Source: Sphyrna mokarran (Eukaryota). From it: 64,000 nt of DNA. A program made the position numbers and the translations under genes. The stretch's first letter is position 1; each line of letters begins with the position of its first letter. The stretch is from assembly GCA_024679065.1 (NCBI GenBank), contig JAGIQG010000040.1, positions 12,152,001-12,216,000 on the forward strand, in the 5' to 3' direction. Under the pieces are notes generated by a model, which made no database searches, had not been told where the DNA came from, and saw only the letters and a program-made list of their open reading frames with translations. Of the stretch, positions 38,370-52,290 are shown one piece after another.

Positions 38370-39105
38370 TAGAACAAAGAACAAAGAACAACACAGCACG
38401 GGAAACAGGCGCTTCGGCCCAACGAGCCCGCACCACCGTCCTAACGTCTTAATGACATATAGAGACCAATATAGGGACAATTTGTTACCCAATCAGCCTA
38501 ACAGCACATTTTTGGGATGTGGGAAGAAACCGGAGCACCCGGAGGAAACCCACGCAACCACGGGGAGAACGCGCACACTCCCGCAGACACAGGCCTAAAT
38601 CCATGTGTCTGCACAGCAACAGCGATAGTCTCTGAGCTGTCATATTGCCCACCTGATGGTCCAGTTTAAGCATACACTAACGACATGAAGCACTAGGCCA
38701 CTCCTGAAGTAACATCCAAGAGCAGCCCTCGCACGACCTGCCGAATGCATGCACCTTGTTGGTCAACAAGGTGGACCGAATAGCCTGTGGTAACAAATAA
38801 AGTATTTAAACAGTCCTCCTATATCCCTCTATCTGCAGACCGCTCATGTGGCTGTCCAAGAGACCCTTAAACAACCCTAGCGTGCCTGCTCCCACCACCT
38901 TACTCGGTAGCGCATTCCACACCCCCACTACCCTTTGTGTGAAAAAATGCCCTCTAATATTCGTCTTATACATAGCCCCCCCTCACCCTAAGGCCGTGAC
39001 CCCTTGTTCTATCCGATTCTAATGGTGGAAAAAGCTTACCACCATTTACTCTATCTATACCCCTCATAATCTTATATACCTCTAATAGATCCCCTCTCAG
39101 CCGAT
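38370..39105 (-). mobile_element. CR1 3' end plus SINE-like body composite
   Basis: LRGDLLEVYKIMRGIDRV...; same architecture as 26220-27040. Confidence 0.8.
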
Positions 39106-39560
39106 GTTGTCTGAGTGTGTGTGCATGGTTGAGTGTGCGTTTTTCTGTGTGCGTGTTTGTTTGAGTGCGTTTATGTGCGTGTGTGAAATTATGTATGCGT
39201 GAGAGAGAGAGAGAGAGATTGCTCACTATACTCCATGACTGCAAGCTTCTGCTCTTACTTGCATTGAAACATTTATAGTAGCTCTTTCTCAGCACACGTT
39301 CACTTTTCCATTAACTCTTTCAGCGCTGAGCCGAAAGTTCATATCTACAGCACACATAAGATCAGATTAATTTCCATGTCCTGAAACTATCGAAACAGCC
39401 CAATATATGCATTTGGAGCTCTGCTTTAGGACTCTGTAGTTGTAATTTTGGTTCTGGCTGTTTGCAGCTGAATGTTTGAGTTGTATTAATTTCTGCATCT
39501 CTGATCATCCAGAGGCAAAAAAAAAACAGAGAGAATCGTGACATCCGCCTGCTCCCGCTG

Positions 39561-39587
39561 TGCAATGGGCAGTCAGCAGGGGGCGGA
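39561..39587 (+). promoter_or_regulatory. Candidate CTCF site
   Basis: AGTCAGCAGGGGGCGG core preceded by TGCAAT, resembling the upstream motif. Confidence 0.5.
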
Positions 39588-42500
39588 CGTAGGGCGCACC
39601 TGGACACTGAAACAAAAATGTTCATGCATTCATATAGGTTGTTCAATCATTCATTCAAAACTGAATAGCATATTTGGAAGATAGAGATGGGAAGACAGTG
39701 ACCATGTCACTGAACTGTCCCAGACTAATATTATGGGCACACGAGTTCAATTCACTTCCCCACATAGCACCCTCAGTGCACCAAATGCAATTTGAATTTT
39801 TGAATTCAAAAATATCTTTTAAGTTTCCTTATTTGTGTCATAGGCAGGCTTACATTAATACCGCAATAATGTCACTGTGATAATCCTCTATTGGGCACAA
39901 TCTGGCGCCTGTTCAAGTACATTGGTGTAGAATTTAGCATTGTCAATGTTCCCAACAAGTACATCTTTCAGACTGTGGGAGGAAACCGGAACACCCAAAG
40001 AAAACCTACGGGTACAACCTGCGGACTCCGCACGGACAACGACCGAATCGAACCTGGGTTCCTGATGCTATGATACAATAGTTCTAACCAATATGTCAGT
40101 GCGCCGTCAATCCAGGTATACACAGGAATGTGAGAAAGAATATACTTGGGATAGATGGGGTGCACCAAAAGTTCACCAGACTGATACATGAATTTTGAAG
40201 AGAGATTGAGACGTGCATTCAATGAAATTCGGAAGAATAGGAGGTCTTATTGAAAGATATAAAATTCTGACAATTCCAGGATTAGGACCCAACAGTACCG
40301 AAGGAACGGCCGCTATATTTTCAAGTCAGGATGGTGAGTGACTTGGAGAGTGAATCTCATTTTGATGATGTTCCCAGGTATCTGCTGACCTTATGATGTT
40401 ATCGCGGTAATGGCTGTGTCTTGAGAAAGTATTGTCTAGCGCTCTGGGCCCACGAATTCAAATCGCACCAACGGTGACAAGTGTAACTTAAATTTAATTA
40501 ATAAAAATGTAGAATTGAAAATTCGGCTGAATATTAGATACCTTAAGAAAATTGTCATCTGTTGTTGCAATAGCACTTTCTGTGTACCAGTTCTGCACCA
40601 ATATTCATTGGGGTTTGGAAGAAAATTGGGGTGAGGGTGGTCTTACAGAAACAAGGGAATAAATAGGATAGAAGCAAGGATGCTGTTTCCACTGGCAGAT
40701 GAAATTAGAACTAAGGGACAAGACTTCAAAATAAAGACGAAGTGATTTTGAATTGTGTTGAGGAGGAACCTCATCACCTAAATGGCTGTGACTCTGTATA
40801 AATTCCTGCCCAGTGAAATAGCTGAGGCTACATCGTTAAACAGTTTTAAGGTAAAGATAGATTTTTGAGCAGAAAAGGGATTCAGTGCTATGGTAAGCAG
40901 GAGAGTAAGTGGAGTTGAGTCTACAAAAACATCAACTATGTTTTTATTGAATGGCATCAGGCCTATTCCTGCTTCCAGTTTTTCTGTTCTTTCAGAAAGG
41001 AAATCTGTCTACAACCTGGACTGTGTGTGAGACAAGACCGAGAGAAATGTGGCCAACATTTACCTATCTTCTGAAACATCCAGTTACACAAGAGGCGAGA
41101 GGCTGCAGCAACCACATGGTGTAGAAAAATTAAAAATAAACTGTTCATCTCTTACATCTTCCAACCCTCATGCAAATACGTTAATCTGAAACCTGAACTC
41201 GGTTTCTCACTTGCACAGTTACTGACTGGTTTAATGCAGGCAGCGTTTCCTGTTTTTGTCTGAAATGCTGCACTTTGGCCTAAGCTGGTTTCTTCCCTGA
41301 AAAGAAATGTGGGGCTCATTTTTTAGAATTCCAACTCAGCCTGTTTTCATCCTCGCTCTCCCTGCCTACCAGTCCCTCCTTAGTCTGCTCCAATGCTCCA
41401 GTGAAGTCCCAAGGACAGTCTTTAGAAAAAAGGGGGTGGCACATTTGGGAGAGAGAAGCATGGGAAGATTTTCCTCTCAGAGGGTCATGTGTCCCTGGAA
41501 GTCCCTCCCTCAGAAGGCAGTGGAAGCAGACTTTCAATATTTCTAAAGGCAGAAGGAGCTGGATTCTTAATAAACAAGAAGGGTGAAATGTGCTCAGGGT
41601 TGGCAGAAGCTTATAATAAGGTCAGCCATAATCTTGTTTACCGGCAGAGCAGGGAGAAAGAGGCCAAGTGAAAAACTGCTATTTCTCAGTAGCCTGTATG
41701 TTACTGTATACATATCAAAATTTCATAGCAGCTTAGTAAGGTGCACGTGTAACAGGCGTAACAAAAACTGTTCCTGAAATCGATGATGAGCAAGTTGGAC
41801 TTTCATCGCCAACTGTTAGGCTCTGTCATTCATTGTCTCAAAGACCAGAGTAAACATTTTCTGCAGTGACTTTCAAAAGAGAATGATTACAAATTGGAAA
41901 ATATAACATGCAGAGGGACATGTCCCAACAGCAAATACAGTTTTTTTTTTAGCTCAATGAGATAGCAATAGTGCTCGTTAGGCCAAATTGCCTCATTTCT
42001 GAATATATAAATTGGATGAGTAACGAGATTGATGGAAATGTAACACTTTCATTTGATTCATTAATGGTTGCTGCCTGAAGAATCGGGTAAACAGGAACTT
42101 GTTAATTCTATGATTCTTTCTCAATAATTTTCATTCATTTGTCTAGGAGTGTTGTTCGCAGGGCCAAAAATTGTTGCTGATCCGAAATGCAAATTATGGC
42201 GGAATCCTTAATGCATAACAAAACCAGAACATTCTGGAACATCTCAGTGGGTCTGACAGTATCTGCGGAGAGAGAATGGAACCAAAGTTTAGAGTCCGGA
42301 TGACAATTCGTCAGGGCCATCTGGACTTGAAAGTTAACACTATTCTCTCTTCACAAATGATGTTCGAGCTGCAGAATTTTTCCTGCATTTTCTGGTTTTG
42401 TTTTGGCTCTTGCTAATTGCATTTGAATAGTATAGTTTGCTAATGAGCATCTCAGATGATGGTTTATAGTCAAACAGGGAAGGGAACGGTGTGGTGATAT

Positions 42501-43199
42501 TATCACTAGAGTATCAATTCATAAACTCAGCCAATCTTCTGGGTTCCCCTGTTTGAAACCCAATTCAATAAAAATATCTGAAACGTCGAATCTACTGATG
42601 AGAGTGAAATCTTTGTCAATTGTCAGAGATAAAAAAACATCTGGGTCACTGTATCCTTTAGAGAAGGAAACCTGCCGTGCTTCCCTGGTTTGGCCAACAC
42701 GTGAATCTGGAGCCACATCAATGTGGTTGACTGTAAACTGTCCTCTAAGAGCAACTGGAGATGGGCAATAAACGTCCATGTTCCATGAAAGAATAAAAAT
42801 GCTGTGTATCAGGGAGTCACATGAAGGCCAGACTGTGGAAAGACCGCAGATTTTCTTTCTTAAGGCGGATAAGAAAGTGTTTCCACTCAACCTGATTGGG
42901 GACTTGGGACGGGGTTATACAAGCAAAGATCGGATAGAATCCATCGGAGTACAGAAGATTGAGTGATGATTTTTGAAACATATCTGATCCTTTGGAGGGC
43001 CGGGGGGGAGTCGAAGGGGTGATGGGAGCAGCGGTGTTAGAGTGGAAGCTGACGGAATGTTTAACTTTCCGGGACAGATTGGAAAGAGAGAGAAGTAAAG
43101 AATTGTTTCTTTTTTCAGATGCCTGCGTGCCTTTGGAACTGTCTTCTGCGGAAATCTCCTGCAGCTTCAGTCGCTGGGAAAGTCTCTGAAAAGATTCAG

Positions 43200-43372
43200 G
43201 CTTGTCGACAGTTGGCAACATCTGGCCTCTCACCACTCCCCCCGGCTCTGCCTAACTGCCATCTCGCTGCTGGAGTTTCCAGTCCCGGGTGATTAAACCA
43301 CAAGTTCTGTTCTTTGAACAAACTGAGAGGCTCAGTGAGCTGTTGAGTGAAACCACACACTGGGCGGACTTC
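43200..43372. promoter_or_regulatory. Candidate TCR alpha 3' enhancer
   Basis: E-boxes at 43209 and 43219, RUNX AACCACA at 43296 and 43351, TCF/LEF CTTTGAA at 43312, GC box at 43361; about 4.3 kb 3' of the TM exon. Confidence 0.4.
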
Positions 43373-44799
43373 TTTCTGCCGTTGGTCGCCTTGTCAACCA
43401 GACCCTGGTTCCCCCAATCAGCAGTGAACGCATGTATCATTACATCTCAACAGTTTCTATCAAAATAAGCAACCCAAAGTCGATTAACCCTCCTGCTGCC
43501 AAGAAACAGAAAAAAATAAACACTGATAGGATTTTCAGAATGTGAACTTCGAGACTGAGAATGTAATTTGTGTCATTCCTGTAAGAGAGCTGGATCATTC
43601 CTCTCAAAATACCAAATACCGGTTGAGCAGTCACACTAAAGTTTGATGTTGGGAAGAACTGTCTCTGGGCAAATCATCCAGAGTCCTTAGCTCTGCAGTG
43701 CCAGAGACACTGGTTCGAATCCAGCCTTGAGGAGCTGCCTGTCTTAAATGTGCACGTTCTCCCCGTATCTGCATCGGTTTTATCCGGATGCTCTAGTCTC
43801 CTACCTCAGCCCAAGGATGTACAGGTTGAGTGTACTGGCCATGCTAAAATGGACCTATATATCCCACAGATGTGCAGGATTGACCAGGATTGAGGGGAGG
43901 GTCTGGATTGATTTCTCTTTCGGAGAGTCAGTGCACACTCGTTGGAACGAATGGCCGCTTTCTGCAATGTATTGTTTCTACAATTCTATTTTAACACGGA
44001 CACAAAACCCATCATGATAAATTGTTCTTCCCTTCCCCTTCAGGGGTGTTATAACAGCATCTTATAATGGCATGGTGATTAATCCAGAAAGCCAGAGCTA
44101 ATGTTTTGAGCACACATGAGAATTGAATTCCAGCCATGTCAGTTAGAGAAACCTGAATTCAATAAAAACAATCTGGAATTCAACAATCGAACCATGAGTC
44201 ACTTGTTGTTAAAACCCATCTGGCTCACTTCACGTACAACAGCACGGTCAATGCAAACCACACGGTTCAATGGTGATTCGGGATGGGAAATAGATTCTGG
44301 CCCTGCCCCCAATGCACTTACCAATGAGTGAAGTAACAAATACATTGCGTGTGGGAGTCGCTGGCCTGGCCAACATTTATAGTCCATCCCAAACGGTCCG
44401 AATTACCACTTTGGCCGTTGTAGTTAAACTGGGAAGAGGAAGAACGTTTCCCTTTGGGTGTTGGGAACATTTTGGGATTCTTCTCGCTTTCCCAGCCTGG
44501 TGTGATTAGCTCCTCAATTCCCTCATCCCTATTAGGAAGCTTCCCCTCTCCCATTACCTTAATTCCCATTGTTTTTCGTTGTTATATTTTAAGGTGGGTG
44601 GGGGGAAGGGGCTGGGTGGGGGAGAAGGGGGTTGTGGAGACAGCAGAATAATGATAAGACCACAAAAACAAAATTCCTGAATGGAGGGCTGTGACAAGGG
44701 CTTTTCTCAAGGATCACTGCTGGCACCATTGCTGTTTGCAAATATATGTATATATATCTAATTGAATTGATTAGTAATTTGAAGACTTCACAAAGGTTC

Positions 44800-45620
44800 T
44801 TCATTTGTGGATAGTGATGAGGACCATCAGAGAATACAGCAGGATATAGATCCGTTGGATGCTTGATCGAAGGGATAGCAGATGGAGCTTAATCTGGACA
44901 AATGTGAGGTAATGCATTTTGGAAGGACTAAAACAGAAATGAAATACACAGTAAATGGCAGAACCCTTAAGAGTATTGATAGGCAAAGAGATCTGGGTGT
45001 ACAGATACTCAGGTCATTGAAAATGGCAATCCAGCTGGAGAAGGTAGTCAAGGAGGCACACGGGGCAATGAGATTAAAAATTGGCAAGTCATGTTGCAGA
45101 CTTAAAGAATCTTAGTTAGTCTGCACTTGGAATATAGTGTTCAATTCTGGTCGCCCACACTACCAGCAAGATGTGGACACTTTGGAGAGGGTCCACAAAC
45201 AATTTACCAGAATGTTACCTGGTGTGGAGAGCATTCACGATGAGGAAAGGTTGGAGAAATTTGGATTGTTCTCACTGGAACAACAGAGGTTGAGGGGGTG
45301 ACCTGATAGTTAGCTAGAAGATTATAAGAGGCATGGACAGAAAGGATAGTCAGAAGGTTTTTCCCAGACTGGAGGAATCAATTGCCAGGGGGCATAGGTT
45401 TAAGGTGTGAGCAGCAAGGTTTATAAGAGGCATTTTTTTTTTACACAAAAGGTGGAAGTGGATACAGTAGTGAGTTTTAAAGGGCGCCTTGACAATACAT
45501 GCCTAGGATGGAAATAAAAGGATGTGGTCCCCGGAAGAGTAATGGGTTTTAGTTCAGTCGGGCAGTGTGGTTGGTGCAGGATTGGAGGGCCAAAATTCCT
45601 ATTCCTGCGCTGTAATTTTC
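44800..45620 (+). mobile_element. CR1 LINE 3' fragment
   Basis: MELNLDKCEVMHFGR...QRDLGVQI. Confidence 0.85.
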
Positions 45621-45829
45621 TTTTTTTGTTGTTTTTTGTACTGGAATGGTTATTGAACGAATGAACCTCAGTCCTGAGACCAGGGTTCAATTGACGGGAT
45701 CTGCCATAAGGAGCCAGTATTCTCATGATGGAGCGAATGGCCTCTATTTGCGCTGCGCGACGTCAAGTGCGCTCTGTTGACCATACCAAATGCATGTCTT
45801 ACCATCGCGTTAACAAAGAGACAGAAGAC

Positions 45830-46473
45830 ATCCTTCAGTAAAGACTGCAGATTTATTCAATATTAATAACAATGCACATGATAAAAGAACAAGATTACAG
45901 ATATGAACAAAAGTGTGATTAACGAACCAGAAGAGCATAAGGCGAAGCAGCTGAAGTGGACCATTCAGCCCATCGGCTCTGCTTCACCGTTCAATGAAAT
46001 CATGGCTGATTTAATATCATCCCCAACTCCACTTTACCACCTTCTCCCTAATACTCTCTCTTCCCCTGACTAACCGGACGATCTTAAATGTGTCTGAATG
46101 TCCCATCTGTGAAATAACCTGAGCTCAATAACCGGATTTTAGGCTAAGCTGATTGTGAGATATTTAAAAGCTCTTGCTCATCTTATTTGTGAGATGCCGT
46201 GTAATCACGAAGCTCTGCACAGTGGGAGAGGGGGGCTGGATTATCTCTAAGGAGCCGGATGTACAGCCTGGGGTTTGGTGCCTCCGTGGCACTGGGAGGA
46301 AAATCTGGAGTCCAAGATTCAGTACGGGAGTGAGAATATCACCTTGGCTACAATCTAAAAGCGGGTGGCATCCCACTAACCGCCTGATATTCGCTCTGAC
46401 TGAATTCCTTTGATTCAGAGAAGTAACTCCAGGCTGTCAAACTCACCCTTTCCTCCACTAGCTCTTGAAATAC
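45830..46473 (-). other. Putative untranslated last exon of the TCR constant gene
   Basis: Minus-strand T-rich acceptor ending at 46474 and AATAAA at 45852-45857; expected from the donor right after the TM stop codon. Confidence 0.35.
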
Positions 46474-47653
46474 CTAAAAAAAACACAGAGACTGATTAAA
46501 GCTGAGTGGATCAGCTAGGTGTCATTTCAAAACCAGCCTACCTACTCACCATTCAAATCTAACTACTGAGTGATTGAGTTTGATGAAAATCCGATCAGAC
46601 CCTTGCTGATTAAATATATATTACGCTCTTAAATTATATGCAATAAAAATGCAACGTTTAAAATAACTACCAGAATAAAACAGCCAAAAAGGAACTTGAG
46701 GTGCCATTAGCTAGATTGCCCCGTGAAGACGCTGGGACTGTCGCAATGGGCTGAGTGGCTGTTTTTTTTTCTGTAATAGAATTCTACTATTCTAAGAAAA
46801 GAATATAAAAATCGAAGTTCTATGTGTCCTAAAATTGAAAATGCTGCTTTCAAAAATGTCTCCGACACTAATGTAGGCAGAAACCATATAAATGTGAGAT
46901 CCACGCTGTTGCTGAAATGCATAATTGAAATGTTTGTGTCGCATAAGCAGTAGAATTCATGCAGAAGCACAAGTTTCAAATCAAAATAACAGTGGAAAAA
47001 TGTTACCCGAATGAGGATGTTTAAAAGTTAAGCTGCCATTTAAAACAAGCGAGTTTGAATTGCTTGAAGTGGAATCTATGATCAGGAAGTGTCTGGATTT
47101 TGATGTCCCAGTCAATGAGTTCATATCTGAATCCATTTAATCTTCCAACGCAGTTCTGTTTGGAATGAAAGGAACGACAATGGGAGAACATCAAAGATCA
47201 GCAAGAAAAGAACACGTTTTATCTTTAAAGTCTCCATTAACCTGCTCCATTAATATTCTCAGAAGCCAATGCAAGTGCACAAAAATCCCTGCAGTGCAGA
47301 AGGATGCGATTTGGCCCACAGAGTCTGCACCGACTCTCTGAAAGTGCCACACAGCGCAAGACCAGATGATGGGTGTAAAAGGCTGGTCTGTCAGTGACAC
47401 CCATAATTAAACACAACTCTGGAGAGGTTTAAGAAGTCAAGGTTGCGATTGGGGGCGGGGGTTGACGGGATGAAAAGCGATGAGGATGGGGCACTGGGGG
47501 AAGAGTCCGTTTATCTAAATGTATCCAAGTTACTGTTCACTCCACGGGTTAGCTTCAGCGCTGCCTTAACAGTGACCTCGCGAGACCCCGTCAATGGACT
47601 GTGTCCATCACACTTTGTCTTTCTGGGCAGGCATTTAGGTGACCGATCTTACC

Positions 47654-47763
47654 TCAAAATAACCACACCCTGGCCGTCATCAGGACACTGAAGGCAATGC
47701 TCTTGAGAAACAAAATTCTTAGCCCCGTCACCATCAAAGACAAAAAGTTCGCCCTCAACCGAT
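47654..47763 (-). CDS. TRAC: TCR alpha-like constant region transmembrane/cytoplasmic exon
   Basis: ttttggcag|AT CGG...; (D)RLRANFLSLMVTGLRILFLKSIAFSVLMTARVWLF*; R-x4-K pair diagnostic of TCR alpha/delta; TGA G|gtaag donor after the stop. Delta cannot be fully excluded. Confidence 0.85.
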
Positions 47764-47950
47764 CTGCCAAAATGAGAGAAACAAATGATAGACCTGGTTT
47801 GGTACATATATCACTTGGAACTGGAAAAGAAATGTATAACATTAATGTGTCTCTTTTCCATTATCTAACTGCTTGACTTTCGTCTGTCTGTCCATCCTGT
47901 CCGCCCGTCTGTCCGCCAGCCCGGCTGTCTGCTGTCCATCTATCTGTATC

Positions 47951-48182
47951 NNNNNNNNNNNNNNNNNNNNNNNNNNNNNNNNNNNNNNNNNNNNNNNNNN
48001 NNNNNNNNNNNNNNNNNNNNNNNNNNNNNNNNNNNNNNNNNNNNNNNNNNNNNNNNNNNNNNNNNNNNNNNNNNNNNNNNNNNNNNNNNNNNNNNNNNNN
48101 NNNNNNNNNNNNNNNNNNNNNNNNNNNNNNNNNNNNNNNNNNNNNNNNNNNNNNNNNNNNNNNNNNNNNNNNNNNNNNNNNN
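47951..48182. other. Assembly gap
   Basis: N run. Confidence 1.
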
Positions 48183-48370
48183 TCCACCCCACGCCCCATC
48201 CCTCGATTTATACCTCTCTCTACCTCACACTGTGTGACGATCTATCTTTCTCTCCATCTCACTATATCTTTATCATTCGATATCCGGGTCTGTACCCCTG
48301 CCTATCTCTCAGTTATCAATCTGTCTATTTGCAGTATTTTCCATTGATAAATGTTGAATAAAGCACATAC

Positions 48371-48418
48371 CGTTTTCTGTCGAGAAATCATATCGACTTG
48401 TAAGGCATTTAGTTTGAT
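48371..48418 (-). CDS. TRAC: TCR constant region connecting-peptide exon (48 nt)
   Basis: ccttccag|AT CAA ACT AAA TGC...GAA AAC G|gtatgt; phase 1-1; QTKCLTSRYDFSTEN with interchain Cys and an FET-like FST. Confidence 0.75.
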
Positions 48419-49299
48419 CTGGAAGGACACAAAACAAACTGACTTATTCAGTGAATAAGTGACATTACTGTGACCATGTTTGTTCTCAATATCACTCCCA
48501 ATAATGTTGTTGTTATAACCAATAGCCACGAAGAAAGTGAGAATCAAACAGCACGATTGGAGTTATTCACTTGATTATTCAAAACGGAGAAACATTGATA
48601 ACTCCTCCATTTAGTTCAGCCCAAATCTGAGTTCAACGAGTGTAGGTTCGATTACCCATCAGGGATTAAACCCCAGAATCCAGACCATTCCATCGGGGCG
48701 GTATTTCACTGTCTTCCGAAGAAGTGGTGAAGCTGAGGTCTGATTTCAGCTCTGCAGTGGATTAATGATTTCAGGACATTTCTCCAGAGGAGCGGGATTC
48801 TCCAGTACCCTGGTTAGTATTTAATATTTTCCTAAATTCGGTGATACACCAGCAGCTGCGGGTCCTGGACACTGCCCTGAACTATAATGATTCGCTCTTA
48901 TTATTTTTTTAATCATTTACGGAATTTGAACTTCACTGGCAAGTCAGCATTTACTGCCAATCCCTAATTGCCCCCTTCAGAAGATGGTTGTGAGTATCCT
49001 GCTTGAACCTCATGAGTCTGTGAGATGTACATACACACACAATGCTCTTAGGGAAGAAGTTCCACCATTTTAACCGAGCGACAATGAAGGAACTGCCGAA
49101 ATATTTCCAAGTCAGGATGCTGAGTGATAATGGTGTTCCCAGGTATGTATTGCTCTTGTCCTGCGAGATGATAACGGCCGTGAGTTTGGAAAATTCAGCG
49201 GGATGAGACTTGGGGAATTACTGCTGTGTATTTGGTGAATGGCACACACTGCTACCAATGTGAACTGGTAGTGGAAAAAGAGTAGATGTTTGAGAATGG

Positions 49300-49645
49300 A
49301 GCACTTAATGCTAGAGTAACACAATGGTCAGTACTGTTCCATCCCTACCCCCATCTCTCCCACCTTTCCTCCAGTCCACCAATAGCGTCAAGGACCTGGG
49401 TTCGATTCCGAGTTTGGTTGACTGTGCAGAGTCTGCATGTTTCCCCGTGTCAGCGTGGGTTTGATCCGGGTGCTCCGGTTTCCTCCCATAGTCTGAAAGA
49501 CGTGCTGATAAGATGCATGGACCATGCTAAATTCTCCCTCAGCTTCCCCGAACAGGCGCACAGGATGGCATTTAGAGAATTTTCACAGTAACTTCATCGC
49601 AGGTTTAATGTAAAGCGACTTGTGACACTAATAAATAAACTTTTA
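49300..49645 (+). mobile_element. HE1-like SINE
   Basis: GGACCTGGGTTCGATTCC...CCCCGTGTCAGCGTGGGTTT...CACTAATAAATAAAC. Confidence 0.75.
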
Positions 49646-51639
49646 ATCAAGCGGAGCTGCTATGTTCTGGGTTGTGTCAAATTTCTATCTATTTCTGGAG
49701 CTACATTCATCCAGGCAAGTGGTTAATACACTACCACAGTCATGATTATGTCTTGTGGATGGTGCAGAGGATTTGGGAGATTACAAGGTACCTTATTCAG
49801 CACAGGATTCCCAATCTCCGACATCCTCTTGCAGTCAGAGACTTATACGGATAATCCAGTTCAGTTTCTGAGCAACGTTAATCCTCAGGATGCTAATAGT
49901 GGGCGTTGACCATTTAGAAGTCTACAAGACTGTGAGAGGCATGTACTGATGGGATAGTTAGAAGTTTTTTTTCCCCCAGAGTGGAAAATTCAATTACTAG
50001 TGATCATATACAAAGAACAAAGAACAACACAGCACAGGAAACAGGCCCTTCGGCCCACCAAGCCCGCGCCGCCATTTTAACATTCAGTGGGCACTTCATT
50101 CCAATCTTTCTTCTACCTATGACTTTTGCCTACGCTTCTTGGACACAGCAAAAAAGGTGTGCAAATTTAGAGAATTTCATATGTGCCAGATGGGGGGACG
50201 TCTCATTTAGGGACAATTTGTTAGCACCAATATGTTTAAGTACAAGGGACAAGGTTTGAAGGAGATGTGTGCGACAGATTTTTTACACAGAGGGTGGAGG
50301 GTGCCTGGATTTTGTTGCTGGGAGTGGTAGTGGAAGCAGATGATTTTTTAAGGGCATCTTGGCAAATAGATGCATAGGATGGGAATAGAGGGAGATGGTC
50401 CCCTGAAGGGTAAGGAGTTTTAGTTAATCTGGGCAGCATAGCCGTTGTAGGCTTGGAAGGCCGAAGAGCCTGTTCCTGTGCTGTAATTTTCTTTGTTTTT
50501 TGTTTCTTTCATGGTAATGCCATTAAATGACAAGAACCGATTGTTGCCTTCTTTCCTGTTGGAGTTGGTCATTGTCTGGAACATGGGCGGTGCAAATGTT
50601 TTTTTTTTGGGCGACTGGCCTCGGCAATGTTGTTCAGTTACTTTCAGTAGTTTGTCCCAAATGGTCTTTTCTATGATTTCTTAAACTGCGCTTGTAATAC
50701 TCGATATGGAGGGCGCTTTGGCCGCTTATGTTGAAATAAAAAAGGGCTTATGGTATCAAATTCCTATGGTTAACATTTGGGTTCAGATATCTCAAATGTC
50801 TATTTGATGTGTTATAAACCTTGGGAGTTCTCACTGGGGCTGGTGACTATCAGGTATTTCGGTTAACAGAAAGTGTTTGTTGGGTTTTTGTAGTGGTTGC
50901 CAGAGCTTGGAACACAGTTAATTAAAAGGACACATAGTGACACACAATCTTAAACTAATACAGAAATTATGAAGTTATTTCAGATCTGAAATCCAAAGAA
51001 GGTGGACATTAAATCAGTGTGCAAAAGGTGAAATAGCAGGAAACACATATAAATACAATATAATACCTTCAATTAATAAAAGTTCAAAACTAATGAATCA
51101 GAATAACTTCTGAGCTATAAAAATTAAACTGAAACCTTTAGTTTTTCAAACTAAATATCATTATAGAGTGTGAAGGAAAGTGAGTGCTTCTTTTAAGATA
51201 TTACAAGTTAAAAGTTTAAACTAATTTACGACACAGTACTGATTTTTGAACCTTCACAGCTGATTTCTTCACACAATATGGCCTGAAACTCAAATATAAC
51301 TGTTATTGTCAATGGATGATGAGTTCACAGTTCCAGATCTTAGCTCATCCTGAGTTGATGGGATCCACAGGACTCTGTAGTTAAAGTATAAAAGTGTACA
51401 TTTACATTGGTCCACAGTCACGTGATATATTACACTTGTCAAATGAAAATGCAATTACAGACAAAGCCAGTGACATGATACTAATATATTATAATGAAGC
51501 ACAATTTGACATCAGGTTAATTGATTAATAAGCTTCAATTATGAGATCATTACACATGACTAAGCTACAAACAACTAAACATGAGCATTCCTGCAGTCGA
51601 ACAACAGGCTAAGACAGTCACACATCTCAGTGCTAATGT

Positions 51640-52290
51640 TTTCACAGGAACAAGGAGTAGGATTCGACTAATTGACCCCTTGAGTCTGCTCCATCATTTA
51701 ATCAGATCACGGCTGATCTGATAATAACTTTAAATCTACATCCTGCCTACCCCCAATCATCTATTGCCAAGAACCTATCCTATAACAGCATTAAAAATAT
51801 TCAAAGATTCTGCTCCCACCGCTTTTTCTGAAGAGCATTCCAGATGACTGTCTGAAAGAAAATATTTCACCTCCTCTGTTTTAAATGTGTGAACTTTTTT
51901 TTTAAACAGGAACCTCTATCTCTGGATTCTCACACAAGAAGAAACATCCTCTCCACACCAATCTGTCAAGACCCTTCAGAATCTTCGATGTTTTGATCAA
52001 ATTTCTCTCTCTTCTAAACTCCAGCAGACACAAGTCGAGCCTATTTCAAGTTTTACCCATAGTCCACACATTTCTGGCATTAGTCTGGTCAATTGACTGC
52101 TTCCAATGCATTTACATCCTTGCTTAAACAAGATGACTAGTACTGTACACAATACTTCAGATCTGGTCTCACTGGTGCTCTGGATAACTGAAGCATAACC
52201 TCCATATTTATGTAACCAATTCCCCTCAAATGATAGCTTTCCTAATTACTTGCTTTAGCTGCTTATTAGCTTTTTGTGATTCATGCAAAG
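51640..52290 (-). mobile_element. Degenerate CR1 fragment
   Basis: CTTCTAAACTCCAG and ACAATACTTCAGATCTGGTCTCAC are typical reverse-strand CR1 ORF2 segments. Confidence 0.6.

Noticed and set aside
41307-43440. Possible exons of a flanking gene such as DAD1 (ORFs at 41307, 42817, 43252)
   Set aside because: No recognisable protein similarity or consistent splice phases
50883-50925. Perfect RSS nonamer GGTTTTTGT
   Set aside because: No heptamer at 12 or 23 bp spacing and no J motif
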